Origin: Clostridia bacterium
GTDB lineage: Bacteria > Bacillota > Clostridia > Oscillospirales > CAG-272
Reading direction: 5' to 3'
Assembly (NCBI GenBank): GCA_017938425.1
Contig: JAGBBQ010000042.1
Span: 1 to 54,828, forward strand
DNA: 54,828 nucleotides
This document shows positions 28,077-37,963 of the stretch, piece by piece. The stretch's first letter is position 1, and each line of letters starts with the position of its first letter. The notes below the pieces were generated by a model. The model saw only the letters and a list, made by a program, of their open reading frames with translations, did not search any database and was not told the DNA's origin. The translations under genes and the position numbers were made by a program.

Positions 28077-29825
28077 ATGGCATTTAAAAACAGAAAAAAG
28101 AACTATCCTCTGTATGAAACTACGAAATTTTCCAATCTGAGAGAGATGACGGAAAACGTCGCGGATCGCTATCCCGACAAGATCGCATTCTCCTATAAAA
28201 AGAACCCCAATGATAAGGAGATCCTGCACTTCACCTACGAGGAGGGCAGGGCCTTCGTCCGCGCGCTTGCCACCGAGTTTCATTCGATGAAGCTGACGGG
28301 CAAGACGGTTGCGATCATCGGCGAGGCGTCTCCCCAGTGGGCGTTCTCCTACTTCGCTCTTATGAGCATGGGCGCGATCACCGTGCCGATCGATAAGGAG
28401 CTTCCCGCGCCCGATATGGCTTCCATTCTCGGCACGGCGGAGTGTACCGCGGTCGTCTATTCCGCGGTAGCGGCAAAGAAGGTATGGGAGGCGAAGGCGT
28501 CCCTTCCTCTTCTTGAAACGATGATCGAGATCGGCGATGCGGTCAGCGAGGGTGCGATCTCGCTTGAGAGCGTGCGCGCTGCGGGTAACGAAAAGTTCCT
28601 CGCCGGCGACAGAAGCTATTACGATTACGAGATCGATAACGACGCGCTGGCATCGATCGTGTTCACCTCCGGTACCACCGGCAAGGGCAAGGGCGTTATG
28701 CTCACCTCGAAGAACATCTGCTCGGATATGGAGCAGGGTATGTATAACTTCCAGATCACCGAGCGTACGATGTGCGTGCTGCCTCCGCATCACACCTTCG
28801 GCTCTACGGTCAACTTCGTCGGCCACTACGCGCAGGGCTGCGAGATCTATATCTCCGCAGGCATCCGTTACATTATGAACGAGCTTGCAGCGTTCAAGCC
28901 CACCCATCTCGTGCTCGTGCCGCTGTTTGTGGAGACCTTCTATAAGCGCATTATGACCGCCATCGAAAAGCAGGGCAAGCTGAAGCTCGTCAAAACGATG
29001 ATCAAGCTCTCGAACGGCCTGCGCCGCGTCGGCATCGACCTTCGCAAGAAGCTCTTCGGCTCGATCCTCAAGAACTTCGGCGGTGAGCTGGAGATGATCA
29101 TCTGCGGCGGTGCGGCGCTCAACCAGGATATCATCGATTTCTTCGAGAGCATCGGCGTCGTGATCCTGAACGGCTACGGCATCACCGAGTGCGCGCCTCT
29201 GATCTCCTGCAACCGTAACGAGTACCGCAAGAAGGGCTCGGTCGGTATGCCCATCATCGGCGGCCACGTGAAGATCGCCGATCCCGACGAAAACGGCGAG
29301 GGCGAGATCTGCTATCAGGGTCCCAACCGTATGATCGGTTATTTCAAGAATGAGGAGGCGACGGCCGCCGCATTTGACGAGGAGGGCTACTTCAGAACGG
29401 GTGACTACGGTAAGGTCGTCACCGAGAAGAACCCCATCAGCGGCCACGAGGATCAGTGGATCTACATCACGGGCCGTCTCAAGAACCTCATCATCTTCTC
29501 CAACGGCAAGAACGTATATCCCGAGGAGATTGAGACCGATATCCAGGGCGTATACGGTGTCGGTGAGGCCGTGGTCTATGCGGGCGAGAGCAAGTCCGAT
29601 CCCTCCAAGGAGATCATCGTAGCCGAGATCTATCCGGATGCCGAGGCGCTTGCGATGCACAATATCACCGATTTTCAGACCTACTTTGAGGATGCGATCA
29701 AGGAGATCAATAAGAAGAACGTCTCCTATAAGCACGTCGGCAAGGTGAAGATCCGCACCGAGGAGTTCCCGAAGAACACCTCGAGAAAGATCACGCGCTT
29801 TGCAATCGATAAGTCCATCGACTGA
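28077..29825 (+). CDS. Long-chain acyl-CoA synthetase (AMP-binding)
   Basis: FTSGTTGKGKG, GYGITE, FRTGDYG and GRLKNLII. Confidence 0.9.
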   Translation: MAFKNRKKNYPLYETTKFSNLREMTENVADRYPDKIAFSYKKNPNDKEILHFTYEEGRAFVRALATEFHSMKLTGKTVAIIGEASPQWAFSYFALMSMGAITVPIDKELPAPDMASILGTAECTAVVYSAVAAKKVWEAKASLPLLETMIEIGDAVSEGAISLESVRAAGNEKFLAGDRSYYDYEIDNDALASIVFTSGTTGKGKGVMLTSKNICSDMEQGMYNFQITERTMCVLPPHHTFGSTVNFVGHYAQGCEIYISAGIRYIMNELAAFKPTHLVLVPLFVETFYKRIMTAIEKQGKLKLVKTMIKLSNGLRRVGIDLRKKLFGSILKNFGGELEMIICGGAALNQDIIDFFESIGVVILNGYGITECAPLISCNRNEYRKKGSVGMPIIGGHVKIADPDENGEGEICYQGPNRMIGYFKNEEATAAAFDEEGYFRTGDYGKVVTEKNPISGHEDQWIYITGRLKNLIIFSNGKNVYPEEIETDIQGVYGVGEAVVYAGESKSDPSKEIIVAEIYPDAEALAMHNITDFQTYFEDAIKEINKKNVSYKHVGKVKIRTEEFPKNTSRKITRFAIDKSID

Positions 29826-29902
29826 TCCTTTCACCGTCAGCGTTGTGCCCCTTGGCGCAACGCTGACCTATTATTATATTTTAAAAAAGGAGGTAAGTCC
29901 TT

Positions 29903-31186
29903 ATGCGCGAGAGAGAATATATCAGCGACAGCGGTATCAGGGTCTATGCGCTTCCCAACCCCGCGCAGCACGGCTTTTACCTGTCCTTGTTCGTGCGTGC
30001 GGGCAGCATTTACGAAAGTGAGCACGAGAGCGGTATCACGCATTTTCTCGAGCATATCGCGATACGCAATATCCATCACCTGATGGGTGAGGGGCTTTAC
30101 AGGGAGCTTGATAAATACGGTCTGGAGTTCAATGCCTCCACCTTTAACGAGATGGTGCATTTTTATGTCAGCGGTGCGCGGGAGAACTTTGTAAGGGCGG
30201 CCGAGATCCTTTGCCGCGTGTTCTCGCGCATTTCGCTGCCGCGCGCGGAGATCGATCTCGAAAGGATGCGCATCAAGGCGGAGATCCGCGAGGGGGATGA
30301 GAAGAATTCGCTTTCCGCCTTCACGCTCTCCTCCATCTATCCCGACAGTCCTCTGAAAAATCCGATCGTCGGCACGCTGCGCACGGTCTCCGCCATCACG
30401 GGGCGGCGGCTTGAAAAATACAGAGAGAGCATCTTCACGACGGAAAATCTGTTTTTCTACGCCACGGGTGCCGTGGGAGAGGGAGAGCTTGCGGCATTGC
30501 TTTCTCTTCTTCGCGGCTATCACCTGCCGCGCGGCGTAAAGCGCGAGAGCGCGCCCGCGCTCCCCTCCGCCTTTTTGCACCGCGGCGGCGCGGTCTATAT
30601 AAAGAGTGCGGATTTCACGATGCTCCGCTTCAATTTCGATGTGGATATGTCGCGCATCGCGAGCGCGGAGCTGGATCTGCTTTACGATCTTCTTCTCTCG
30701 GGCTACGGCGCGCGCTTCTTTGTCGAGATGAGCGAAAAGCGCGGCCTGTTCTACGATATCAGCGGCGGTATCGACCGTTATAAAAACGCGGGTCTATTCT
30801 ATTTTTCCTTTGAGATCAAGGAGAAGGATGTGGAGGAGGCGATCGCCGTTGTTCTGCAAATTCTCTCTGATTTGAAAACAAATGTTTGCAAAACCGAGGA
30901 TCTTATCAAGGCGCCCTACGTGGATAACGCATATCTTCTCTACGACGACGCAAGGGAATTGAACTTCACGTTTTCTTATGATGCACATATCCTCGAGCTG
31001 CCCTACCGTACGCTCTCCGACCGCGTGGAGGCCTATCGGCGTATCAGCGGCGAGCGGATGCGCGAGGTGGCACGTGCCGTGTTCGACATTGAAAATCTCA
31101 CCCTCACGGTGAAGGGAAGCAAAAAGAAGCTTGACGGCGCCGCTCTCGCGGCCTGTCTGAAAAAGGGGCTTTCCGTATCCGTATGA
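29903..31186 (+). CDS. M16-family zinc peptidase
   Basis: Inverted zinc motif HFLEH (HxxEH), NAST, and EKRGLFY in the C-terminal domain. Confidence 0.85.
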   Translation: MREREYISDSGIRVYALPNPAQHGFYLSLFVRAGSIYESEHESGITHFLEHIAIRNIHHLMGEGLYRELDKYGLEFNASTFNEMVHFYVSGARENFVRAAEILCRVFSRISLPRAEIDLERMRIKAEIREGDEKNSLSAFTLSSIYPDSPLKNPIVGTLRTVSAITGRRLEKYRESIFTTENLFFYATGAVGEGELAALLSLLRGYHLPRGVKRESAPALPSAFLHRGGAVYIKSADFTMLRFNFDVDMSRIASAELDLLYDLLLSGYGARFFVEMSEKRGLFYDISGGIDRYKNAGLFYFSFEIKEKDVEEAIAVVLQILSDLKTNVCKTEDLIKAPYVDNAYLLYDDARELNFTFSYDAHILELPYRTLSDRVEAYRRISGERMREVARAVFDIENLTLTVKGSKKKLDGAALAACLKKGLSVSV

Positions 31187-31517
31187 GATCAGAACCTTGG
31201 GGCGAACGGATTTAGAGCAGAAAGCGTCGGCTGATAATCAAGTAAAGCGAATCTGTGCTTGCACAAGTGAGCGAACGAAGATTGCTATTCGACAACTCAC
31301 TTCAGGTGAGTTTATGCAAAGCATCAAAGATGGAATCTTTGTGTCGAATTATAGTACAAGCGAGAAGCGTACAAGCGTACGCTGAGCGAGGAAACGACGG
31401 TAGAATAAAAACATTAATAAAAACGAGGAAAACCATAGGTTTTCGACCTTGATTTCCTCAAATTTGTGCTTGCTATTAAAGGGGTACTGTGTTTATTTCA
31501 CAATACCCCTGTTTTTT
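31185..31517 (+). ncRNA. Candidate structured RNA or structured repeat element with its own terminator
   Basis: Lower-GC intergenic block with nested stems, including a four-way junction (31287-31349). It ends in AGGGGTA...TACCCCT-GTTTTTT. No family recognised. Confidence 0.4.
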
Positions 31518-31581
31518 ATTCGAGTAAGCCTTGATGCGACAGCCCCCTTTTCTTTACAAAAGATATCATTACTATTTTATT

Positions 31582-31611
31582 GTTGACAAAAAAAATAAAC
31601 TGTGCTATAAT
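31582..31611 (+). promoter_or_regulatory. Consensus sigmaA promoter of the capD-like gene
   Basis: TTGACA-17 bp-TATAAT with an extended TG. Confidence 0.8.
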
Positions 31612-31676
31612 TGACAAGGTCCCCTTTTTGCGGGCATTCTTCATTACGCGCGGTCTGCGCTAAAAAAGAGGTTACA

Positions 31677-33608
31677 ATGGATCTTTTTGATTTTTTCAAA
31701 AAGCGTCGTAAGGTGCTCCTGTTTATGATCGACAGCGTGATCTTTGCCGGGATCTACGTGCTGTTCGCGCTATTCCATTCGATCACGGGAACGGTGGCCG
31801 CTCTTGACACGATCGGTTACGTGCTGAGCGGTCTGCTTTTCTACGCTTGCATCTTTTCCTCCCGCCTTCTGTTTATGGTATATTTTAACGTGTGGCGTTA
31901 TGCGAATACGCACGCGTTCCTTATGGTCATCCTGGCGGACTTCTTCGGCGGTCTGCTCGCCGTGACCATCACCGCGCCCTTTGAGGCGACCAATCTGGGC
32001 CTGCAGGGCAGTGTCGGCATCATCACCGGCACCGCGATCATGACGATCCTTTCGCGCCTGGTCTATCAGCAGGGCTACCGCTATTTCCACCGCGGCGGTC
32101 CTCTTCGCAACAAGATCGGCGTTGCCATCGTCGGCGCGGGCACGGTCGGCGCGCTGCTCGCCGAGGAGCTGACCTGCAATGCGCATTCCCACTATTATCC
32201 CCTCTGCTTTATCGACCGCAGCGCGGATAAGATCGGAAACCGCGTGGCAGGCATCAAGGTCTATCCCGAGAGCGAGCAGACCATCGAGCTGATCCGCTCT
32301 TTGCCGGTCGCGGAGATATTCATTGCCGTTCCTTCTCTCACGGGTGAGATGGCCCGCGAGATGCACGAGTTTTACAGTCGGACGGGCTGTAAGGTAAAGC
32401 TTTACGATTTCCCCATCAAGGAGGAGGCGGCGCCGGGCGCTGCGGCGGCGGGGGACCGTCGCGTGCTGCGTCAGATGCGCATCGAGGACCTTCTTTTCCG
32501 AGATTCGCTGAAGGTGAACGATGAGGCGACGAAAGCGTTTTACGCAGGTAAGACCGTGCTCGTCACGGGCGGCGGCGGCTCGATCGGAAGCGAGCTTTGC
32601 CGTCAGATCGCAAAGCTCTCGCCCGCCCGTCTTATCATTTTTGATATCTATGAAAACAACGCCTACGATATTCAGCAGGAGCTCATCCGCCGTCACGGCG
32701 ACAAGCTGAAGCTCTCCGTGGAGATCGGCTCGGTGCGTGAGCGCGCGCGTTTGGAAGCGGTTTTTGCGCATTATCGGCCGGAGATCGTGTTCCATGCCGC
32801 CGCGCATAAGCACGTGCCGCTGATGGAGCACAGCAACCAGGAGGCGATCAAGAACAATTGCCTCGGTACCTACAATACCGCCGATATGGCGGAGAAATAC
32901 GGCGCGAAGAAGTTCATCCTCATTTCCACCGACAAGGCGGTGAACCCCACGAACGTGATGGGCGCGTCCAAGCGCGTGTGCGAAATGATCGTGCAGTGTC
33001 GCCAGGATAGCGAGACCGCGTTTGCCGCCGTACGCTTTGGCAACGTTCTCGGCTCGAACGGCTCGGTCATTCCGCTCTTCCGCAGGCAGATCGAGGCAGG
33101 CGGCCCGATCACGATCACCGACAAGCGTATCATTCGTTACTTTATGACCATTCCCGAGGCCTCGGGACTCGTGATGCAGGCAGGTGCGATGGCAAAGCAC
33201 GGCGAGCTCTTCGTGCTCGATATGGGCAAGCCTGTCCGTATCCTCGATCTTGCCGAAAATATGGTGCGCCTTTCCGGCCTTGTGCCCTACCGCGATATTG
33301 ATATCGTGGAGACGGGGCTTCGTCCCGGCGAGAAGCTCTACGAGGAGCTTCTGATCAAGACCGAGACGCTGGATAAGACCGAAAACAATATGATCTTCAT
33401 CGAGAAGGACACCCCCTACACCCGCGAGGAGGTGGACGCGAAGCTGGATATTCTCCGTGCCGCCATTGAGGCGCATCACGGCGAGATCGGCGCCACAGCG
33501 GTGACCGAGGCGATGAAGCAGGTCGTTCCCACCTTTCATTCCCCCGAAACCGTAAATAAGGCGGCCGCCAAGGCCGCAGAGATGCAGATGGTCTCGAAGG
33601 ACGGCTGA
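31677..33608 (+). CDS. CapD/PglF/WbpM-family nucleotide-sugar 4,6-dehydratase
   Basis: Four N-terminal TM segments; GAG, TGGGGSIGSEL, HAAAHKHVP, STDKAVNP, RFGNVLGSNGSV and GLRPGEKLYEEL. Confidence 0.93.
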   Translation: MDLFDFFKKRRKVLLFMIDSVIFAGIYVLFALFHSITGTVAALDTIGYVLSGLLFYACIFSSRLLFMVYFNVWRYANTHAFLMVILADFFGGLLAVTITAPFEATNLGLQGSVGIITGTAIMTILSRLVYQQGYRYFHRGGPLRNKIGVAIVGAGTVGALLAEELTCNAHSHYYPLCFIDRSADKIGNRVAGIKVYPESEQTIELIRSLPVAEIFIAVPSLTGEMAREMHEFYSRTGCKVKLYDFPIKEEAAPGAAAAGDRRVLRQMRIEDLLFRDSLKVNDEATKAFYAGKTVLVTGGGGSIGSELCRQIAKLSPARLIIFDIYENNAYDIQQELIRRHGDKLKLSVEIGSVRERARLEAVFAHYRPEIVFHAAAHKHVPLMEHSNQEAIKNNCLGTYNTADMAEKYGAKKFILISTDKAVNPTNVMGASKRVCEMIVQCRQDSETAFAAVRFGNVLGSNGSVIPLFRRQIEAGGPITITDKRIIRYFMTIPEASGLVMQAGAMAKHGELFVLDMGKPVRILDLAENMVRLSGLVPYRDIDIVETGLRPGEKLYEELLIKTETLDKTENNMIFIEKDTPYTREEVDAKLDILRAAIEAHHGEIGATAVTEAMKQVVPTFHSPETVNKAAAKAAEMQMVSKDG

Positions 33609-33833
33609 TCCTTTTTCCTCTGCCTTTTCATCTTGCCCGCTGCCAATGCTTTTGGCGGCGGGTAATTTTGTGTATGTTGCATATAAAAATATTTATAAAA
33701 TCGTCTTTTTGCCTATGGAAAAACCACGCCTTATATGATATAATATACATATAAAATATTATGATGCGCTTGCTGTATCCGGGTATTTTAAAATGGTTTT
33801 TTTATAAAAGTTTTATATACATAGGAGAGTTGT

Positions 33834-36749
33834 ATGAAAAAACTGAACAAATTCTTAATCATGACCGTGCTGGTTGCAATGCTCGTAGGTCTGGGAGCGA
33901 TCGCTTCCTCCGCGGCGGCAACGGCGGCGCCCGCGAGAGTCATCTACGAGAATGACGGATCGGGGACTGTCGCAGCCTCCAGCGGCTCGCAGAGATGCAC
34001 CGCCTCCACCGTAACGAAGTCGGGTAACAATTATTTCTCGATCGAGTTTATTGACACCGGTGCGAACGCGAACTTCGGTTCCGGCAACAAGGGCTTCATC
34101 GGTCAGGGTGACTACGTCATCACCGAGTATGACTTTATGGCTGAGGACTGGACGAAGGTGAAGAACATCCTCATCGGCTGGAACTCCCGTAACAGCGGTG
34201 GCGGCGCTCTGAACGATATGCACTTTTCCTATTCGAACGAGAACGGTGCGCCCAAGATCACGGCTGGCCCGCTGACGGGCAGCATCACGCTTGATCCCGC
34301 GCCCGGCGTATGGCATCACTTCACTCTCGTCGTTAAGATCGGCGGTGAGCATAAGCAGGTGAAGAACGACGGTCTGACGGCTGTACAGGGCCAGGATGCG
34401 GTCGAGGCATACGCTTATATTGACGGTCAGCTCTTTGCAACGAACCTCATCGGTGACGGTAAGGAGTTCTGGTCCAAGGATACTACCTACTATCAGTCTT
34501 TGCGTCTTACCGCTTCGGGCGGCGGACAGCAGATCTGCATTGATAACGTCCGCGTTGTTCAGTATAACGAGACGCGCGAGCTGCGTGAGTTCTTTAAGTA
34601 CAGAGAGAAGAATGGCGGCCAGTTCCCCGACCTCAATGCAGTGGATTATCCCTTCCTTGCATACGATGCGGAGTACGATTACCCCATCGGCACGCCGGTT
34701 TGTAAGGTGGTTGAGCTGAGCGGTAACGAGACTCTCTTTGATCGCTTTGACAAGGCCTGCAAGTATGCGGCGGCACGCTCCGGCGCGAAGGTGGTCCTTC
34801 TTACCGATATCGCGAGCGCAACGGTCAGCTACCCCGTTAAGATCGACCGTGCGGGCTTTAACCTGAATTACACGATGAGCCCCGCTCTCCGTGCGGAGGA
34901 GCAGGAGCGCGTCAATCCCATTACGGGTGAGACCTCGAATGAGATCTCCTTCATTAAGAAGACTAAGTACGCCTTCTATAAGTGGGCTGTGGATCACACC
35001 GGCGAGGCGTTCGATTCCCGTGGCTATGCGCCTCTTGCGGTAGGCACCCCCATTGTATATGACGGCTCCGAATTCAAGGCCGAGTATTACCGTGACGGTG
35101 TTCTTTATACCTTTAACGGTACCTGGACGCTGGACGGTGCGCCTCTTGCCGAGGTTCCCGCTTATGCGGCAAACTCCTTCTACACGCTCTATCCCGTGAT
35201 CACCGCGGCGGACGTGTATGCGATCTTCGAGGATGCCGAGGGTGAGACCAAGTATGCGCTCAGCGCGGCGGACGTTGCTACGCTTGCCGCTGCCGCAACG
35301 CAGGATACCGTGGTCACCTTCATTAAGGACGTTGCTTTGGATGCACCCCTGGTGGTCAACAACAGAGTGGTGCTTGATCTTGCAGGTAAGGCGCTCAAGG
35401 TCAGCGGCTCGAATGCGTTCCGTCTTGCCGAGGGTGCGCGCGGTACCGTGATCACCTCCTCCGTGGAGGGTGCTGCCGTAACGGCAGACGGTGCGGTGCT
35501 TGACGTTGCCTGCGGCTTCACCTATGACGGCGCGAATATCAAGGCAAGCGCGGCGGCTCTTATCAATGTCGACGCAGCAGTCAGCGGTGTCGTGATCGAT
35601 GGCGGCGTATTCGCTCTCTCCGGCGATTGCGTTCTGCTGATCGGTGCCGAGGCAAGCCTTGATGCGGATATCCATGCAACGGTCATTGCGGATGCTTATC
35701 TTGCAGATCCCGCTCTTACTTATAATGTAACTCTTGGCGGCGCGTTTGCAGGCGTCCTGATCCTTGATTCCGAGGTATCCACCGTGGTTCTCTCCGAGGG
35801 CCTTGCGCTGGACTACTTCAGCTCCTTTGTTGATGATGCGCTTCCCCTGGGTGTAACGTTGGCAGACGAGGCGCTTGTCATTGCTGCGAAGAAGACCGTG
35901 CTTGACGGTGCGGTTGCCGCGTATGCGGTTATGGATAAGGCAGACGCGGTGCTCCTGAATTGGGAAGAGGGCGTGGCTGAATACGTAGCACCCGGCGAGA
36001 CCGTATACTACGGCTACTCCGATTACTACGATGCAAAGCTCTTCTACAGGCACTCCACCAACGGTACCTACGCATTCTCCGGTGAGGGCGTGGCCGCGAA
36101 CGGCAACGTGCTTGGCGATTGGGCCGGTCTTGAGATCGCTGTAGATCCCTTCTATGATTCCATGAGCTTCTATATCGTGGCTGTAACGCCCGACTATACC
36201 TTCGTTCCTTACACCGAGCCCGCAAGCCTGACCGCTTTGATGATGTCCGGCGAGTATGAGGACGGTACGCTCTTCGCGATCGGTAAGAAGAACGCGATCA
36301 GCATTGAGAACCTTACGCTCACGAACGAGTATTACCTGGATCTGAACGGTTATGCGATCCAGGTGCTGGGTCTCAACGAGATCAACGGCGGCAGCCTTGC
36401 GATCATCTCTTCCGTTGAGGGCGCGAGCATCTACTCCGGTGCCGTGCAGGCATTCTCTCTCAAGAATGCGGCTCTTGTGATCGATGGCGAGAACATTGCT
36501 TACTACGGCAAGACCCTGGCGCTCGTAGATCCCGATTCCGCTCTGCTGGTTCTCGGCGGCGTATACGTTGTCACCGAGGGTGACTTCTACAAGGCAGAGG
36601 CAGGCGCGATCGTTATGGTCGATGGCATTGCTGCGAACGCGGAGCTCTTTGAGGCTGAGGAAGGCTATGCCTGGAAGGCAGTCTCCGAGACCGTTGTGAT
36701 CGGCGGTATCACCTGCGATATCGTAGCGGTATACGAAATGGTTGAATAA
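33834..36749 (+). CDS. Large secreted or surface protein (971 aa), function unknown
   Basis: Signal peptide MKKLNKFLIMTVLVAMLVGLGAIASSA; LamG-like WHHFTLVV segment; internal repeat LDLxGxA...SSVEGA; own extended -10 promoter and terminator. Confidence 0.75.
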   Translation: MKKLNKFLIMTVLVAMLVGLGAIASSAAATAAPARVIYENDGSGTVAASSGSQRCTASTVTKSGNNYFSIEFIDTGANANFGSGNKGFIGQGDYVITEYDFMAEDWTKVKNILIGWNSRNSGGGALNDMHFSYSNENGAPKITAGPLTGSITLDPAPGVWHHFTLVVKIGGEHKQVKNDGLTAVQGQDAVEAYAYIDGQLFATNLIGDGKEFWSKDTTYYQSLRLTASGGGQQICIDNVRVVQYNETRELREFFKYREKNGGQFPDLNAVDYPFLAYDAEYDYPIGTPVCKVVELSGNETLFDRFDKACKYAAARSGAKVVLLTDIASATVSYPVKIDRAGFNLNYTMSPALRAEEQERVNPITGETSNEISFIKKTKYAFYKWAVDHTGEAFDSRGYAPLAVGTPIVYDGSEFKAEYYRDGVLYTFNGTWTLDGAPLAEVPAYAANSFYTLYPVITAADVYAIFEDAEGETKYALSAADVATLAAAATQDTVVTFIKDVALDAPLVVNNRVVLDLAGKALKVSGSNAFRLAEGARGTVITSSVEGAAVTADGAVLDVACGFTYDGANIKASAAALINVDAAVSGVVIDGGVFALSGDCVLLIGAEASLDADIHATVIADAYLADPALTYNVTLGGAFAGVLILDSEVSTVVLSEGLALDYFSSFVDDALPLGVTLADEALVIAAKKTVLDGAVAAYAVMDKADAVLLNWEEGVAEYVAPGETVYYGYSDYYDAKLFYRHSTNGTYAFSGEGVAANGNVLGDWAGLEIAVDPFYDSMSFYIVAVTPDYTFVPYTEPASLTALMMSGEYEDGTLFAIGKKNAISIENLTLTNEYYLDLNGYAIQVLGLNEINGGSLAIISSVEGASIYSGAVQAFSLKNAALVIDGENIAYYGKTLALVDPDSALLVLGGVYVVTEGDFYKAEAGAIVMVDGIAANAELFEAEEGYAWKAVSETVVIGGITCDIVAVYEMVE

Positions 36750-36765
36750 AGCAAAGCAATAAACG

Positions 36766-36803
36766 AAATCACCTGTTGCCCATCGGGCAGCAGGTGATTT
36801 TTT
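36766..36803 (+). terminator. Intrinsic terminator
   Basis: AAATCACCTGTTGCCC-ATC-GGGCAGCAGGTGATTTTTT. Confidence 0.85.
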
Positions 36804-36832
36804 CTTTTTCCTTACATATTATATATTAATAT

Positions 36833-37963
36833 ATGAGAAAGAGAGGAAAGAGAATCTTGAATCAACCAAACGAAGCCCCCATTGCCGTCGTGATCGGTAC
36901 GCGCCCCGAGGGGATCAAGCTTTTGCCGCTGGTGCAGGCAATGCGCGAAGAGGGGCTCTCGCCCTACACGGTCGTGTCGGGGCAGCACGGTATGCTTCTT
37001 ACGGAGGTGTTCGGCGCATTTGGAGAGACGCCGTCACTATGTCTGCCGCCGCTTTGCTTTGTGGAGGATCTCAGCGCGCTGATCTGCCATCTTGTCGCCG
37101 CACTTTCGGATACCTTTCGGCGCGTGCGCCCCTGTCTTGTGATCCTGCAAGGGGATACGGCAACGGCGTATGCCGCGGCACTGTCCGCCTTCTTGCTTCG
37201 CATCCCCATCCTTCACGTGGAGGCGGGGCTGCGCTCGGGCGATCCCTATTCGCCCTTTCCCGAGGAAAGCCTGCGCCGCCAGATCGCCGCGATGGCATTA
37301 TTACATATTGCGCCGACAAGGGAGGCAATGGAGCATCTTTTGTGTGAGGGAATACCGCGTGCGCGCGTATTTCTGCTCGGAAACACGGTTGAGGATGCAC
37401 TTCGGCTGCTCCTGCCGAAGCGGCAGGGGATCTCAAGCACGGTCGTTTTTACTCTCCATCGGCGGGAGCATAGCGAGCGCGTGATGCGTGAGATCTTTGG
37501 CGCCGTGCGTGCCTTTTCCGAGCGTCATCCGGAGCTTAAGATCCTATATCCCGTTCACCCGAGCGCGCGCGTGCGGCGCGTAGCGGAGGATGCCTTTCGC
37601 GGTGTATCCGGCGTGCGCCTCTCCGCACCGATGGGGGTAAGAGAGTTTTACGCGGCACTTTCGGCCGCCCCCTTGGTAATGACCGATTCGGGCGGCGTGC
37701 AGGAGGAGGCGGCCTTGCTCGGCATTCCCACCCTCGTGCTGAGAGAGAATACCGAGCGCGAAAGCGAGCTGCGATCGGGAGATATCTGCCTCGGCGGAAC
37801 GGAGGCGGCGCGCATTCTTTCTCTTGCCGAAAAGCTCCTCGCTACGCCAAGAAAAATAAAAGGGAAGAGCCGCCGGGGCTCCCCCTCTAAGGAAATATGT
37901 AAGGTAATATTGGCATTTAAAGCAGGCGGCTTTGATATGCCACCGCTTTTCCGAGAATCTTAA
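36833..37963 (+). CDS. wecB: UDP-N-acetylglucosamine 2-epimerase (non-hydrolysing)
   Basis: GTRPEGIK, GQH, QGDT, HVEAGLRS, PFPEE, TLHRRE and TDSGGVQEEA. Start uncertain (36833 or TTG 36857). Confidence 0.88.
   Translation: MRKRGKRILNQPNEAPIAVVIGTRPEGIKLLPLVQAMREEGLSPYTVVSGQHGMLLTEVFGAFGETPSLCLPPLCFVEDLSALICHLVAALSDTFRRVRPCLVILQGDTATAYAAALSAFLLRIPILHVEAGLRSGDPYSPFPEESLRRQIAAMALLHIAPTREAMEHLLCEGIPRARVFLLGNTVEDALRLLLPKRQGISSTVVFTLHRREHSERVMREIFGAVRAFSERHPELKILYPVHPSARVRRVAEDAFRGVSGVRLSAPMGVREFYAALSAAPLVMTDSGGVQEEAALLGIPTLVLRENTERESELRSGDICLGGTEAARILSLAEKLLATPRKIKGKSRRGSPSKEICKVILAFKAGGFDMPPLFRES

Noticed and set aside
28011-29834. Long antisense ORFs (also 10621-12495, 31770-33539, 33855-36053, 41207-43234, 53308-54822)
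   Set aside because: They shadow well-supported genes on the opposite strand, as expected from GC-rich codon bias, and show no recognisable motifs.
36796-36823. sigmaE/sigmaK promoter for wecB (CATATTATA)
   Set aside because: The -10-like element is present but there is no convincing -35, and the region is AT-rich enough for a chance match.
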